64,000 nucleotides of DNA from contig LSRY02000002.1 in the NCBI GenBank assembly GCA_001643675.2, positions 186,001 through 250,000 on the forward strand. The letters are read 5' to 3'. The stretch comes from Monocercomonoides exilis PA203 (taxonomy: Eukaryota > Protista > Preaxostyla). The notes below the pieces were generated by a model. It did no database searches. It saw only the letters and a list, made by a program, of their open reading frames with translations, and had not been told where the DNA came from. Below are positions 1 to 10,975 of this stretch, in pieces; position 1 is the stretch's first letter; each line of letters begins with the position of its first letter. The position numbers were made by a program, and so were the translations under genes.

Positions 1-729
1 GATGAAATCACCACAAAGTCCTTGAAGCTGCTGTATTGCCTGTTCCAATGCAGCTCTCCTGATCAGCGGAGGACGATGTGGCACGACGTGCTTTGGAGTA
101 CAGAAGTTGTGCCAACATGGGCTGAATATGCAGTTGAGGTTGAATGGAAGGGAAAACACGGAATTGACCTGTCTCTTCTGACGAAAGCACTCAGCGCAAA
201 GGAAGAGAAGGGCAGCCAAGGGAGGCAGTGGGCGAGTCTGATTGATGCCATTTCGCATCTTCTTTCTTCGCAGTCAGGAGCCATCGAACAAGTCCTGAAC
301 TTGCTCGATCTGATGCTCCAGTGCGACAGACGCGACCGGAAAGGGCAAGCTCTTTCTGATCTTTCTGCCTCGCTGCTGCCTTCGCTCAGCGACGAGCTGA
401 CACAAAGGGGAGTGCACCAAACACTCACCTGGCTGACCACATCACCTCAGCAGTGCGTGCGGGCAGAGGCACAGCGCATCCTCGCTGTGTTCTTTCCTTC
501 AATGGACTCACCTTCAGAAGAGGCACTTGAGTCAGACGCTGACCAGAGCTGGCCAATAAGCGAAGCAAACACATCACACACATTTCAATCTTTGCCATCA
601 CCTGGATGCCTTCCGAGTGTTCGAGATAGAGCTCTTGCAAAAGCAGCTGAAAGGCAACAACACCACTTGTCAATCGAACGTGCCCAAAAAGTTGAGAATT
701 TGATTCCTTCTTTTCAAATTCCACCATGA
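1..729 (+). CDS. 3' part of a gene running in from the window edge; alpha-helical (possibly ARM/HEAT-like) hypothetical protein
   Basis: Frame is open from base 1 (gat gaa atc...) to TGA at 727-729. GC is much higher than in the AT-rich flank that follows. Leu-rich amphipathic helices, but no family motif recognised with confidence. Confidence 0.65.
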   Translation, partial: DEITTKSLKLLYCLFQCSSPDQRRTMWHDVLWSTEVVPTWAEYAVEVEWKGKHGIDLSLLTKALSAKEEKGSQGRQWASLIDAISHLLSSQSGAIEQVLNLLDLMLQCDRRDRKGQALSDLSASLLPSLSDELTQRGVHQTLTWLTTSPQQCVRAEAQRILAVFFPSMDSPSEEALESDADQSWPISEANTSHTFQSLPSPGCLPSVRDRALAKAAERQQHHLSIERAQKVENLIPSFQIPP

Positions 730-963
730 ATTTCAAAAATTTGTTTTTTGTTTCATTTCTGAATTATAAAGTCATTTCACGAATTTATTTGGTAGTGATT
801 CAATTGAACACAATCACTAATTCCACTTCAACGCGAGAGTTCATTTCTTTGTGCATTTCAGTTATTTAATTATCATTTATTATTTTCGATTGACTAAGAT
901 TAAAATTTTGAACCATAACTGAAATTAATGTAAATTTTCTATTTTTTAAATTCACAAAGTATA

Positions 964-3900
964 ATGATATGTGTATTTTACACATTATTATTTTGTAAAA
1001 TTTTTTGTGGTGAATTTTTTGGAAATACTTTGAAGAAGCATAATAGTCCCTATAACAATAATTTTTGTTTATGTAGTTCTTCAAAAGTTTTCTTTTTACA
1101 AAAGAAAAATCCTTCACAATCGCCTCTATGTAGCACTTCACATAACATACACTATTCATTAATAAACTCATCAACCATATATAACTGTTTATGTTTCCGG
1201 AAATATTCTCTTTTTAATTTGTTCACGATTTTTCGTCATTCCGAACTATCTTTGATTCATTGTACACTTTTTATAAAACACCATATTAACTCAAACACTT
1301 TTTATAATTTTGGTGTGGTATATATGTATAATATTTCATCAATTGCCGATTGTACAACAGTTAATTATCTTTCATCATTTTTTAAGGATGAAAGGGCTTC
1401 AGGGGACATTTTTGCGAGTAATTCGAAATTCACATCAGGAGAATTACATAATAAGTATTATAGACCATTATTTGGGGACGCGTTTGGCACCAGGCAAGTT
1501 ATAAAAGATTGTTATTTTGCTAATGTAACACAAAAAGTTTCATATCGCTCTTCGGAACCTTTTCTTTTCTCAAAATTTATGATGCCATTTTCACAAATTT
1601 TAGTTGTTTCATCTTTCTTCAATAAAGTCGACAGCCCATTTTCAGGGGGAATTGTTAATGGACTGAACGTTAGAGGAATATTTTATTCTACAAATAACAC
1701 TTTCAACGACTGCAAAACAATTTCACCAAATGCCGTAAATAGCAAATATGAAAAGCAACAAATTCTATTTTCTTCTGCAAGTTTTTCAATGGATTCATTT
1801 CAAAAATGCAGCTCTTCAGGAAGTGGAGATCCAACAGATGCATCTTCTTCAAATTCCGGAGGAGCAATTTATATATCAGGAACGAAAACAGCAAGAATTT
1901 CCATTTTTAAATGCGATTTTAGTGATTGTTGTACAGCTAAAACCCAATATGGAAGTGGAGGATCCATATATGCAAATAATATTTATTCTGTAAATATCAA
2001 CGAATCAACGTTTTCTCACTGCCTTTCTTTTGGCAGTGGAGGTGCAGTGTTTCTATCGAACATCCCAGAAACATATTTTTGTGAAAGTCGTTTTGTTAGT
2101 TGTGAAGCAGCAATTAATGGAGGAGGGGTGTGCCTTTGGAACATCGATTCTCCTCAGGAAGAAAAAGGGGTGGTCATTTATTTGTGTGAATTTCACTCAT
2201 GCAAGTGCAGTGCAACGCATGAATCCAATACGATAAATGAAAAAAACCTCGAAGAAAACTATCAATCCGAAGGTGGCTGCATTTTCCAGAGGAATTCCGA
2301 GCACATTTTCAGTGTTTCTCTTGAAGAGACACTTTGCTATTCAGGTTCTGCGCCATCAGCTGGCGGTGTTGTGTGGTCATGCGGAATATTACGCAGAAAT
2401 GAGCAAGTCATACTCTTAGGCTGCTTCTTTTCTAACAATACAATCACAGATCAAGAACATCAAAATGCTCAAAGCCAAGCCGTAGAAGCTTTATTCACTA
2501 ACAAATATTTATCCGCCTGCGACTTCATATTAGATGACTCGATGAGGAACTTTGACATTCTTACGCCATCGTTAATGTCATTTACAACAACACAAACAGG
2601 TTGCGCTTTGCATCGCACAGGTTTTTTCGAAGGGCAACAAGAATTTAAGGATTTCTGGATAAAATGGGGATTTGTTTCACGTTTTGTTGCTCCAATTCCT
2701 TCTAATAACCATGAAGAACTTCACAAGCTACACACTGCAACGACTTCTGCCTTTTCTGCACTTCAAAGCGATTCATCAGCATTCTTCCTTTCAAATCCTG
2801 AAATATGTGGGGCTATTCCTTCACAGCCGTGCTATTCAATCAGACAAACTTTTCTTTCTCCTGAAGGAATATCAATTCATTCAGTTGTTGCGTTGAGCGG
2901 TACATTTGATGACGAGACAGAAGGAATTCTTGTTAATGCATCAGAAATTGTCTTCACCTCAAAGACTAATGACTCAACAATCGATGCGACTGCCTTCGTG
3001 CCTTCTGATAATTCTGCTTTTATTTCAGTTATTGGAAATGGAAATTTTCGAATGGAAAATTTTATCTTGATTTTCGGTCCATCGAAGAACAATGGAAATG
3101 ACTTTACTCTGATTCGCTGCGATGCTCTCAATTACTTTTGCATCTTTTCCATTCAAATTATTTCTAAGTATTCATCTTTTTCTCAAAACAGCATAAATCC
3201 TTCCACAAGTCCTCTAATTGAATGCTCTTCGAATGAATTATCATTGTCGTTGTTTGTCATAAATAAGCATTACACAATCAGCAAACCTTTGATTTTATGT
3301 TCTGAGAAGGTTACAAAATTCTCAATTTCTGATTCTTCATTTACAAATATTCACAGGCTCGATGGGGAAGGTCCTTGCCTGCTAGGTTCAAACGAACTCT
3401 GCAGAATCAACATTGATACAGTGCGCTTTCTGAACTGTACTTCTGAAGATTCTCTAACAGGTGGAGTTTTGATGTGCAATGTTCTTTCTTCAGAGAGCTT
3501 AGTGCTATCTTCAACAGATATAGAATACTGCTCCGCATCTGGTTGCGATGTTACAGAGAATGAACATCTCCAATCCGAACTTAGTAGAGGAGGAGCTTTA
3601 TTCTTGTATCAACGAGATGATGCCATAATTTCTCCTGATTTTTTCAAGTTTGAATCGATAAAATTTTCAGATAACCAAGCTGCTATCGGCAGAAATGTAT
3701 TTATTGCATTGTACTCGTTTTCAAGTATCTCAACGCAAATGTTTAATTTCCTAAGATCACCTTCATATTATCCAGACACGGAAGAGAATGCATACTGTGG
3801 ATCGGAAAGAGTTACCTACAGAGAAAATGTTGACTTGCTGTCGTACTTTAGCGTTAAATCGGACATTATTTATATTTCTGATGAAGGTAGTCAATGGCCG

Positions 3901-6900
3901 TTCTGCGGAGATTTGAATGATCCATGTAATTCAGTGGAGTGTGCTATTCACAATATCAATAAAGCTGAAAATGAAGATGAGCCGGATCTTCTGAACTCTT
4001 TGTTTGTTTCTTCTTTGTTTACAATAAGAGAACCCGTTTGCATTACAAATATTACGCTTACCGGAAAGTTTTCAATTTTGGTCAAATTGGTCCACAATGA
4101 TATTGATCCAAACAAAGGAGTGGTTATGAACGCTCACTCTGCAACTGTTGCAAAGCAAAATGTTATTCTTTCAAGAGAAGGAATCAATTCTCCTTTATTT
4201 TTCTCAGATGGAGAGAGACTATCTTTGCGTCAAAGCTCATTTGCATATCAGCTTGAAGACCAAAATGCTCAACATTTTCTTAACTCCGAAGAAAATTTGG
4301 ATAATTTTCAAAGAAATGCAAGATTTAATGAAAAATTGGATCTTAAAATTTTCTCTTTCGTGAAAATTATTAATGGTGGACTTCTAATTGACGACATTCA
4401 AATTTTTCCTATTTATTTCGAAAAATCTGTAATGGAAACATTTTATTCCTTCGAAAAAAGGATAAGAGTCTCACCTGGCTACAAAAGCAACTCCCGCCAT
4501 ATGTTTATATTTTGCAGAAATTTTTCGATAGAAGGTAATTTGATTGAAAAAGGAAGTATATTCAATCTTCAAAGTGAATCTCCTCAAGGTATCTCTGATT
4601 CTTTAAGCGAGCACGTCGATTTGAGGGTTATCGAATGCAGATTTGTAAGTTCAAACACGTCAAGTTCAAATGCTTGCATTATGCACTTTGGTGATGTTTC
4701 TTCGAACTCATCGCAAATTTCATTGCCTTCTCGCTTTTTTTCAATCTCTTTCGAAAACACATCATTTCGCGGATGCATTTCTGAAAAGAGTCAAAAAGGA
4801 GATAATTTTTTTTGCAAGTTTTCTTCTTTGCAAAGTTTGGACATCGTCAATTCTTTTGTCGATGTTGTTGCAGATCCATCGAAATGTGGAGGATTTGCAT
4901 ATTTGCTTTGCGAAGACTTGTCCAGCGCATTTCTCTTCAACAGACTAAACTTCTTTACCGATACAAACTATCCAAAGGGGCTCGTTTTTATCCATTCTCC
5001 TTTTCTTGATTCAGTTTTTCACCCAGGGAAAGTGAAGTTTTTACTCCAAACGACCGACACAGATTTTTATTCTATTATTTGCGGGAGTTGCCTCGACGAT
5101 GATTCAGATATCGTTAACCTTCTTCAGCCTTTTCTTCCCCTTCGATTCTTTCAAACTGTGTATGTATCGTCAGTCGAAGGAGCAGACATATCTGTGTGCG
5201 GAGAGGCAAACAAGCCTTGCAAAAAGTTGATGGATGGAATTAGTCATCTCGACCCTTCTTGCAACTCTTGCTGTTTGGTCGTAGAGCAAACTATTGATGT
5301 TCCATGCCTGACAAGACTTTCATCTCTAAAAATTCGTTCACTGAACAACGAAAGCGAAGCTTATTTTATTATTCTTCTTAATGAAAGCATGAACATTGAA
5401 CAAAAATATGCCGTTGAACTTTGCCAAGAAATTAATTTTCAAAAATGCCATGTGAAATGGAGCGAGTACGAAAAAATGGATATTTCAATGGAGGAAATAT
5501 TTTTAGTGAGAGGAGGATGCTTTTCCATGGTGAATTGCTTTGTGAGCCCGTCGCAGGATGTTGGACGTGATGAATGGTCTTACATGAATCATCAATACAC
5601 TTCTATCTCTTGTGTAGTATTTTATTTAGTTAATTCGCAAATAATTATTGATAACTGCATTTTTGCAAATATTCGCAAAGTTGGTATTGGACCATCCATC
5701 ATCGATGCTTTAACTTTATCCTCCTTCGAACATACGCAGACAAATTGTACAATAATTAGATCACAATTCATTCAATGCACATCTTCTGATCATTCTTGCA
5801 CAGTTATGCGATTTGTCACTTGCCCTTCTTTTACTATGAAAGATTCTAACCTCACAGGAATTCCAACTGTAGAACCTTTGAAAAGAGAGAGTGATCCACA
5901 ATGCAATTGGGAAACGGGAATGCTGTTGCTTGAAAGTTGCCGCTCGATGATAACAATGTGCAATTTTAAGTATTCAGAATATGGAGCAATCAACTTGATA
6001 GGAGGAGAGATTGCATTGTGCGATTGTGGCTTTATTTCAAATGGTATTAAATACAAAGATTTTCCGTCTTTCCAGCAGAATATTGCCTGTTCAAAGAATG
6101 GAAATGTTATTTTGCAATCAATGTCGAGTTCCACACAACCTCCATTCTCTTTTGCAAATTCGTTTAGCAGCAAAAGCCCCCTTTCAATTTCTTTAATCAA
6201 TCAAACTCCGCCAACATCTGCTCTTCAATGGATATCTTCTGCAGACTGTACTATTTATCGAGAACCCAAAGCAACATTACCATCACTTTTTTCTCCTTCA
6301 GTTCTTGGTGCAAGCGGAGTGAATGCAAACGGCTCAATAACCTTATCTGTTGTGGGGAATGTACTTATTCCATGCTCACTGATTTTGGAAATTGGCTACT
6401 ATTCAGAAAAAGATGGCGAGTTTTCTTGGATGAACATCCCTTCAAAAGTGGAAAATGAAACTCACATTTATGCAACACTTAGTAGTGTTGACACACCTCT
6501 TTCTGTTGCGAACAATTTACAATTTATGGCCAACTTTCTTTTCTTCAAAAACATTGAATGCTGCATGAAACATTTGAAAATGCTTTTTGTTCCAAACTCT
6601 TCGCAGTCAAATCAATTTCCACAGAAAATACTCAAAATCTCTTCTGATTATAATAACTCTTTTGTTCGTGTATCAACAGAAACCAAAAATGGAAGATACC
6701 ACTCTTCAGAAGTTCCTTTGCATATTACGAAACTACCATCCAAAAATAGAACAAGAAAAAATAACTTAGTCATAATTTTAAGTGTCACCATCCCTTTCAA
6801 TGTCTTTATCATTTGCGTCAGCATATCGTTAATTTGTATCAGAAAGCAAGTGAAGAAAAAACACATGCAACAATTTCAAAGCTTTGAGCAAAAATTGAAT

Positions 6901-6996
6901 ATAAACTCAGATATCCTCGAGGAACGAGGCTTTTTAGCAGAGAATGACATAACTCAATATTCATTCGATGAAATCCCGCCATTCATGGAAGACTGA
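964..6996 (+). CDS. Large single-pass surface protein with beta-helix (Pmp/pectin-lyase-like GGA...FxxC) repeats, 3 Cys stalk modules and a short cytoplasmic tail
   Basis: 2010-aa ORF. Hydrophobic N-terminus; GGAIY/GGSIY/GGAVF repeats with FxxC; CGxxxxPCxS motifs x3; family motif CNWETG...FPSFQQNIACS; TM LVIILSVTIPFNVFIICVSISLICI near 6765-6840 followed by a basic stop-transfer. Confidence 0.85.
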   Translation: MICVFYTLLFCKIFCGEFFGNTLKKHNSPYNNNFCLCSSSKVFFLQKKNPSQSPLCSTSHNIHYSLINSSTIYNCLCFRKYSLFNLFTIFRHSELSLIHCTLFIKHHINSNTFYNFGVVYMYNISSIADCTTVNYLSSFFKDERASGDIFASNSKFTSGELHNKYYRPLFGDAFGTRQVIKDCYFANVTQKVSYRSSEPFLFSKFMMPFSQILVVSSFFNKVDSPFSGGIVNGLNVRGIFYSTNNTFNDCKTISPNAVNSKYEKQQILFSSASFSMDSFQKCSSSGSGDPTDASSSNSGGAIYISGTKTARISIFKCDFSDCCTAKTQYGSGGSIYANNIYSVNINESTFSHCLSFGSGGAVFLSNIPETYFCESRFVSCEAAINGGGVCLWNIDSPQEEKGVVIYLCEFHSCKCSATHESNTINEKNLEENYQSEGGCIFQRNSEHIFSVSLEETLCYSGSAPSAGGVVWSCGILRRNEQVILLGCFFSNNTITDQEHQNAQSQAVEALFTNKYLSACDFILDDSMRNFDILTPSLMSFTTTQTGCALHRTGFFEGQQEFKDFWIKWGFVSRFVAPIPSNNHEELHKLHTATTSAFSALQSDSSAFFLSNPEICGAIPSQPCYSIRQTFLSPEGISIHSVVALSGTFDDETEGILVNASEIVFTSKTNDSTIDATAFVPSDNSAFISVIGNGNFRMENFILIFGPSKNNGNDFTLIRCDALNYFCIFSIQIISKYSSFSQNSINPSTSPLIECSSNELSLSLFVINKHYTISKPLILCSEKVTKFSISDSSFTNIHRLDGEGPCLLGSNELCRINIDTVRFLNCTSEDSLTGGVLMCNVLSSESLVLSSTDIEYCSASGCDVTENEHLQSELSRGGALFLYQRDDAIISPDFFKFESIKFSDNQAAIGRNVFIALYSFSSISTQMFNFLRSPSYYPDTEENAYCGSERVTYRENVDLLSYFSVKSDIIYISDEGSQWPFCGDLNDPCNSVECAIHNINKAENEDEPDLLNSLFVSSLFTIREPVCITNITLTGKFSILVKLVHNDIDPNKGVVMNAHSATVAKQNVILSREGINSPLFFSDGERLSLRQSSFAYQLEDQNAQHFLNSEENLDNFQRNARFNEKLDLKIFSFVKIINGGLLIDDIQIFPIYFEKSVMETFYSFEKRIRVSPGYKSNSRHMFIFCRNFSIEGNLIEKGSIFNLQSESPQGISDSLSEHVDLRVIECRFVSSNTSSSNACIMHFGDVSSNSSQISLPSRFFSISFENTSFRGCISEKSQKGDNFFCKFSSLQSLDIVNSFVDVVADPSKCGGFAYLLCEDLSSAFLFNRLNFFTDTNYPKGLVFIHSPFLDSVFHPGKVKFLLQTTDTDFYSIICGSCLDDDSDIVNLLQPFLPLRFFQTVYVSSVEGADISVCGEANKPCKKLMDGISHLDPSCNSCCLVVEQTIDVPCLTRLSSLKIRSLNNESEAYFIILLNESMNIEQKYAVELCQEINFQKCHVKWSEYEKMDISMEEIFLVRGGCFSMVNCFVSPSQDVGRDEWSYMNHQYTSISCVVFYLVNSQIIIDNCIFANIRKVGIGPSIIDALTLSSFEHTQTNCTIIRSQFIQCTSSDHSCTVMRFVTCPSFTMKDSNLTGIPTVEPLKRESDPQCNWETGMLLLESCRSMITMCNFKYSEYGAINLIGGEIALCDCGFISNGIKYKDFPSFQQNIACSKNGNVILQSMSSSTQPPFSFANSFSSKSPLSISLINQTPPTSALQWISSADCTIYREPKATLPSLFSPSVLGASGVNANGSITLSVVGNVLIPCSLILEIGYYSEKDGEFSWMNIPSKVENETHIYATLSSVDTPLSVANNLQFMANFLFFKNIECCMKHLKMLFVPNSSQSNQFPQKILKISSDYNNSFVRVSTETKNGRYHSSEVPLHITKLPSKNRTRKNNLVIILSVTIPFNVFIICVSISLICIRKQVKKKHMQQFQSFEQKLNINSDILEERGFLAENDITQYSFDEIPPFMED

Positions 6997-7099
6997 ACAG
7001 TTCAAGCTTCGCTTCTAGAGACATTTCATAAATTCCTTATCTCATATCAAATTTTGAACTTTACCAATATTTAATGGAATACAATAATCACCTGTTTGA

Positions 7100-7717
7100 G
7101 CGTATGAACTGTTCACGAGTATTATGCTGTCTCCATTCTTCACTCAGCTGTATCGACTGACGCCTGCGTTTATGCAGCAGATGAACGGGTTCTTGCATTA
7201 CCTGCTGAAGAAGTCGAAATTGGTGTGCTGCTTTTGTTTTCTCTTTTTTTTAATTTTAATTTTGATTTTTGTTTTCCTTTCTTTTTTTGTGGTGGGGATG
7301 GTGATTGTGCTGTGTGAGCAGCCAGCGCTGCGGTTCTTTGGGGAGCTGTATGAGCGGAAGGAGCTGATGTTTGACTTTGTGCGGATGTGGTTTATTTCGC
7401 TGTTTGCGAAGCGGTTCAGCGTGGAGATTGCGTCGGCGGTGGTGGAGGAGGTGCGGTGGGGAGACCCGTCGTTCCTGTTCCGGGCAGCGCTAGGGCTGCT
7501 GGTGGTGCTGTTTCCGGAGGGGAAGGAGGCGGCGTGGCGGGTGCGGGGAGAGCGGCGCGGGGAGGCGGTGGATGCAGTGCGGGGGCAGCTGCTGGGGATC
7601 AAGCAGGGGGTGGCGGCGGTGTCGGTGGGGGAGTTCCGGGAGGCAGTGCGGATGGTGGATGTGGAGTCTGGAGACGCCTTCTGGGCGCGGTGGAACTCGT
7701 TCGGGGGCGCTTCCTGA
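7100..7717 (+). CDS. TBC (Rab-GAP) domain C-terminal half, apparently 5'-truncated; probable intron 7223-7321
   Basis: AYELFTSIML, WFISLFAKRF and GDPSFLFRAALGLL match TBC helices. A T-rich 99-nt GTGTGC...CAG segment splices out in phase 0. No IxxDxxR or YxQ motif, and an in-frame TGA lies at 7097. Confidence 0.6.
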   Translation, partial: AYELFTSIMLSPFFTQLYRLTPAFMQQMNGFLHYLLKKSKLVCCFCFLFFLILILIFVFLSFFVVGMVIVLCEQPALRFFGELYERKELMFDFVRMWFISLFAKRFSVEIASAVVEEVRWGDPSFLFRAALGLLVVLFPEGKEAAWRVRGERRGEAVDAVRGQLLGIKQGVAAVSVGEFREAVRMVDVESGDAFWARWNSFGGAS

Positions 7718-8528
7718 CAGGCCAGCAGACGCCTTGGATGAAGGAAAGAAAAGAGAAGCAGTTTATTTTTTTATTTTTTGTTTCTGACAAAATGCATTTG
7801 CTTGTTTGCTTGCCTCTGGCCCAACATCCTGTTTGATGTGGCGAGTGCTGCAAGATATTCTATTAATTTCCTCGTTTTTCATTTTCTGTTCTATTTGCTC
7901 GGCAGCCTTTTCACACAGCTTTTTGTGTCATTGCTCTTTTTCTGTTTTTTGAATTTTTTGTATTTTTTGTTTTTTTGTTTTTTTTTATCTGTTAATTTTC
8001 TGGCTGTGTGCTCGGGCAAGAATCAGAGTGTCCACTTCAGAAGTCCTGCTTTTTTTTCCATGTTTTATTTTTGCGGTGCTCCACCAGATGTGGAGAGATT
8101 TCTGTGTTTGGAGGGGTGGAGGCGAGTGTGGGCAGGATCAACACAAAATTCGCAGATCCGCTTTTTCTGCTTTCTGGAGCGGAAGAAACCGCAGCGGCAC
8201 ACAGCAACACAAAGAACCGATATTTTTGCGAGAGTGGGCTAACACGGCATAAAAACAGAGAATTTTTGGGTGTTTGATTTTCGAGACAAAACTCCACATC
8301 GACTTCGGTGAAGACAGGGCAGGACGAGCAGCACAACAACGTTGGGAACTGCAGCTGAGCAGTCGGGCAGATTAGAAGAAAACCCCGTTGCACGACTGCT
8401 GAGGGGGCTTCCAGCCACACTGGAGGAGCTTCGAGTCTGAAATCCTTTTTCGTTTTCGTTTTCGTTTTCACTTTCACTTTCACTTTCAAAAAATTTTTTT
8501 TGTTTTCAATTTTTTAATCTCGGATGCG

Positions 8529-10975
8529 TTGCCTCACTTCCTTTCCCTCCGCTCCTGCATCGTTGTGCAATGCTTTGTGGGTTTTTGCCTGGTGCGGAAG
8601 GTGGCTGTGGCGAGGCATGGAGTGCCAGGAGGGTTGCGGGGAGAGGTGTGGGGAGCGCTGGCAGCAGCAGAGGCGCAGCTGGACCGGTTTGGGGCAGACA
8701 ATGGGACGCCTGGGGTTGGAGGTGTGCTCGAATGATTATTTGTTTTTTCTTTTTTGAGGCATTTGAGGTGGCGGACAACTGGCTTGAATCTGTTTTGCTT
8801 TATTTTGTGTATTTTGATGTTTCTTTCTTTGCTGCTCTGTGCTGCACGGGGGCAGAGGTGGAAGGGGCAGAGAGGGCAGAGGGAGCCGGAACGAACAGGG
8901 AGCGGCTGGAGAAGGACTTGGGGCGGATTGGGGGTGTGGGGTGGAAGGAGGCGGCAGGGGAGAATGGGGAAGGGGTGGAGGCGGTGCGGGAGATGGTGGG
9001 GTGGGTGGTGGAGGAGCGGCCGGTGCCGGGGTATGTGCAGGGGATGGTGGAGATCGGGGCGGTGGTGTGGGCAGGGCTTCGGGGCAGAGGGGCGTGTGGC
9101 AGGTCGAATGAAGAAGAGAGGGAGAAGACGAGGAAGCAGGAGCTGGAAGAAGGAACGAGATGGATGTGGGGCGGGCGGGTGCTGGGGGATGTGCTGCGGG
9201 GCTATTTTGGGGGGTGCTTCCACGCAGACGGGGCAGAGCTGGGGAAGGCGGTGGAGATGTTTGAGGAAGTGCTGGGGGTTGGAGAGCCGGAGCTGGCAGC
9301 GCATCTGAGGGAGTGCGGGTTCTCGGGGATGCTGTATGCGGGGGAGTGGCTGGGGACGTTCTATCGGTCGCTGGAGCTGGACGAGGTTTGCGAGGGTTGG
9401 GCATTTGGAGAGCTGATTTTGGAGGTGCAGGTGGGTTGGTATTTTTGAGGGAAGGGGCAATGCTCTTCTTCTTTGCATTGTCACAAATATTTGTTTCAAC
9501 AATTATTTTTCTTCAATTTAATTTTTTTTTCTCTTTTCTTTATTTCTTGCTTGTGCTGTTTGGGAACTGATTTTTGTGGTGAGCGTGTGTGGCTGCTGGA
9601 TCGGGTTGTTGCGATTGGGACGCCGTTTGAGATGTGCATTGGGGTGGCGCTGCTTGGGCAGCAGGGGATGCGAGCGAAGATGCTGAGCACGCGAGACCTG
9701 CTCCGACTGAAGACGCTGGCAAAGAACGTGTCACTGGAGAAAGAAGCGGAGACAGACACACCAATGCCTCAGGCATCGTCATCACCATCATCATCACTCT
9801 CTTCTTTGTTTTCACCCATTTCATCCGTTTCTCCTTTGCCATCTTCATCAACTTCATCTTCATCATCATCCTCTTCGACATCGTATGTGACTTTCCCTTC
9901 TCCGTTTTCTTTTGCATCGCCTTCTTCAACTTCCTCTGCTTCTTCATCGTCCACTTCTGCGAGGCCTTCAGCAGATGCAGCAGGATTGGCAGGGGTGTCA
10001 GTCTGTGTTGGGGAGGAGGAGAAGGAGAGAAGCGAGGGTGGAAAAGAGATTTTTGTGAGCAAGAGGAAGCAGCGCAGTCTGGAGAGGCTGGTTGGGAGAG
10101 CAGAGGAAATATTTGTTGGGGTGTGGAAAATGAATTTGGAGAAAAAGGAGGGGAAAGAGAAAGAAAGAAGGATGGATTGCAGAAGAGACGATGGGGAAGG
10201 AACGAGAGCAGCTCCAACAACACTTCATGCTTGGCAGGAGGATATGGGTGCAACCGACAAAATAGAACAGGGGAGCACAAGTGGTGGAATCGGTCAGGAT
10301 GCAGCTGGGCATCAACACACTTCACCATTCACCTCGCCAGACATTTCACCAGACATTTCACCAGCCACTCCACTGAATTCACACAAATCACTTCAACCAG
10401 ATTCTCAGACACATTCACTGTTGCTGAACGAGGAAGAAGAGCCACCGAAAGGCTGTCTGGAGGGATCGAAGGATGGCGAGGAGAGGAGCCAGAGAGGTTC
10501 AGCAGAAGGCGTGCAGAGAGAGTGGAGCGTGACCACTCCGTTTCTGGAGCGCACGAATGGATTTATGGGATTGGCGCCAAGCCCAGAAAGAGTGGAGCAG
10601 AGGATGCAGGAGAGTGCATGTCTGCTGACACCGAAGGGAGTGCAGCGCGAGGAGTCAGCAGAACACCGCTGGGAGGCAGGGGGAGAGGGAAGGGAAGAGG
10701 AGATGGCGGGGGAGAGGAGAGCGTGGAGGTGTGGGGCAGATGGAGGGGTGTGGAGGAGACGAGGGGAGATGGTGGAGCAGCTGGTGGTGGAGCAGAAGAG
10801 AGAGGAGGAGGGGAGGCGGAGGAAGGCAGAGGCAGAGGCAGAGGCAGAGGAAATGAGGAGGAGGAAGCAGAAGGAGAAGATGACGATCTGGGAGCAGCTT
10901 GTGGGGTTTGGGAAGCGGCTGCTTGCGCGGCTTGTGCTGGGGCTTGGGCGGAAGGAGAAGAAGCCGGGGAGGTGA
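8529..10975 (+). CDS. TBC-domain Rab GTPase-activating protein (spliced; introns about 8722-8855 and 9386-9583; 5' end uncertain)
   Basis: RHGVPGGLRGEVWGAL (TBC start), LEKDLGR (IxxDxxR Arg finger), YVQGM (Gln finger), LAAHL, EWLGTFY and LDRVVAIGTPFEMCIGVALL lie in three segments. T-rich GT..AG introns join them in consistent phase. Ser-rich, charged C-terminal extension. Confidence 0.8.

Noticed and set aside
22-729. C-terminus of a Sec7/BIG/Mon2-type protein
   Set aside because: Only a vague helical resemblance; not enough to name without a profile search.
964-6996. Bacterial autotransporter/Pmp gene (contamination)
   Set aside because: No C-terminal beta-barrel. It has a eukaryotic-type single TM helix and tail, paralogs nearby, and intron-containing neighbours.
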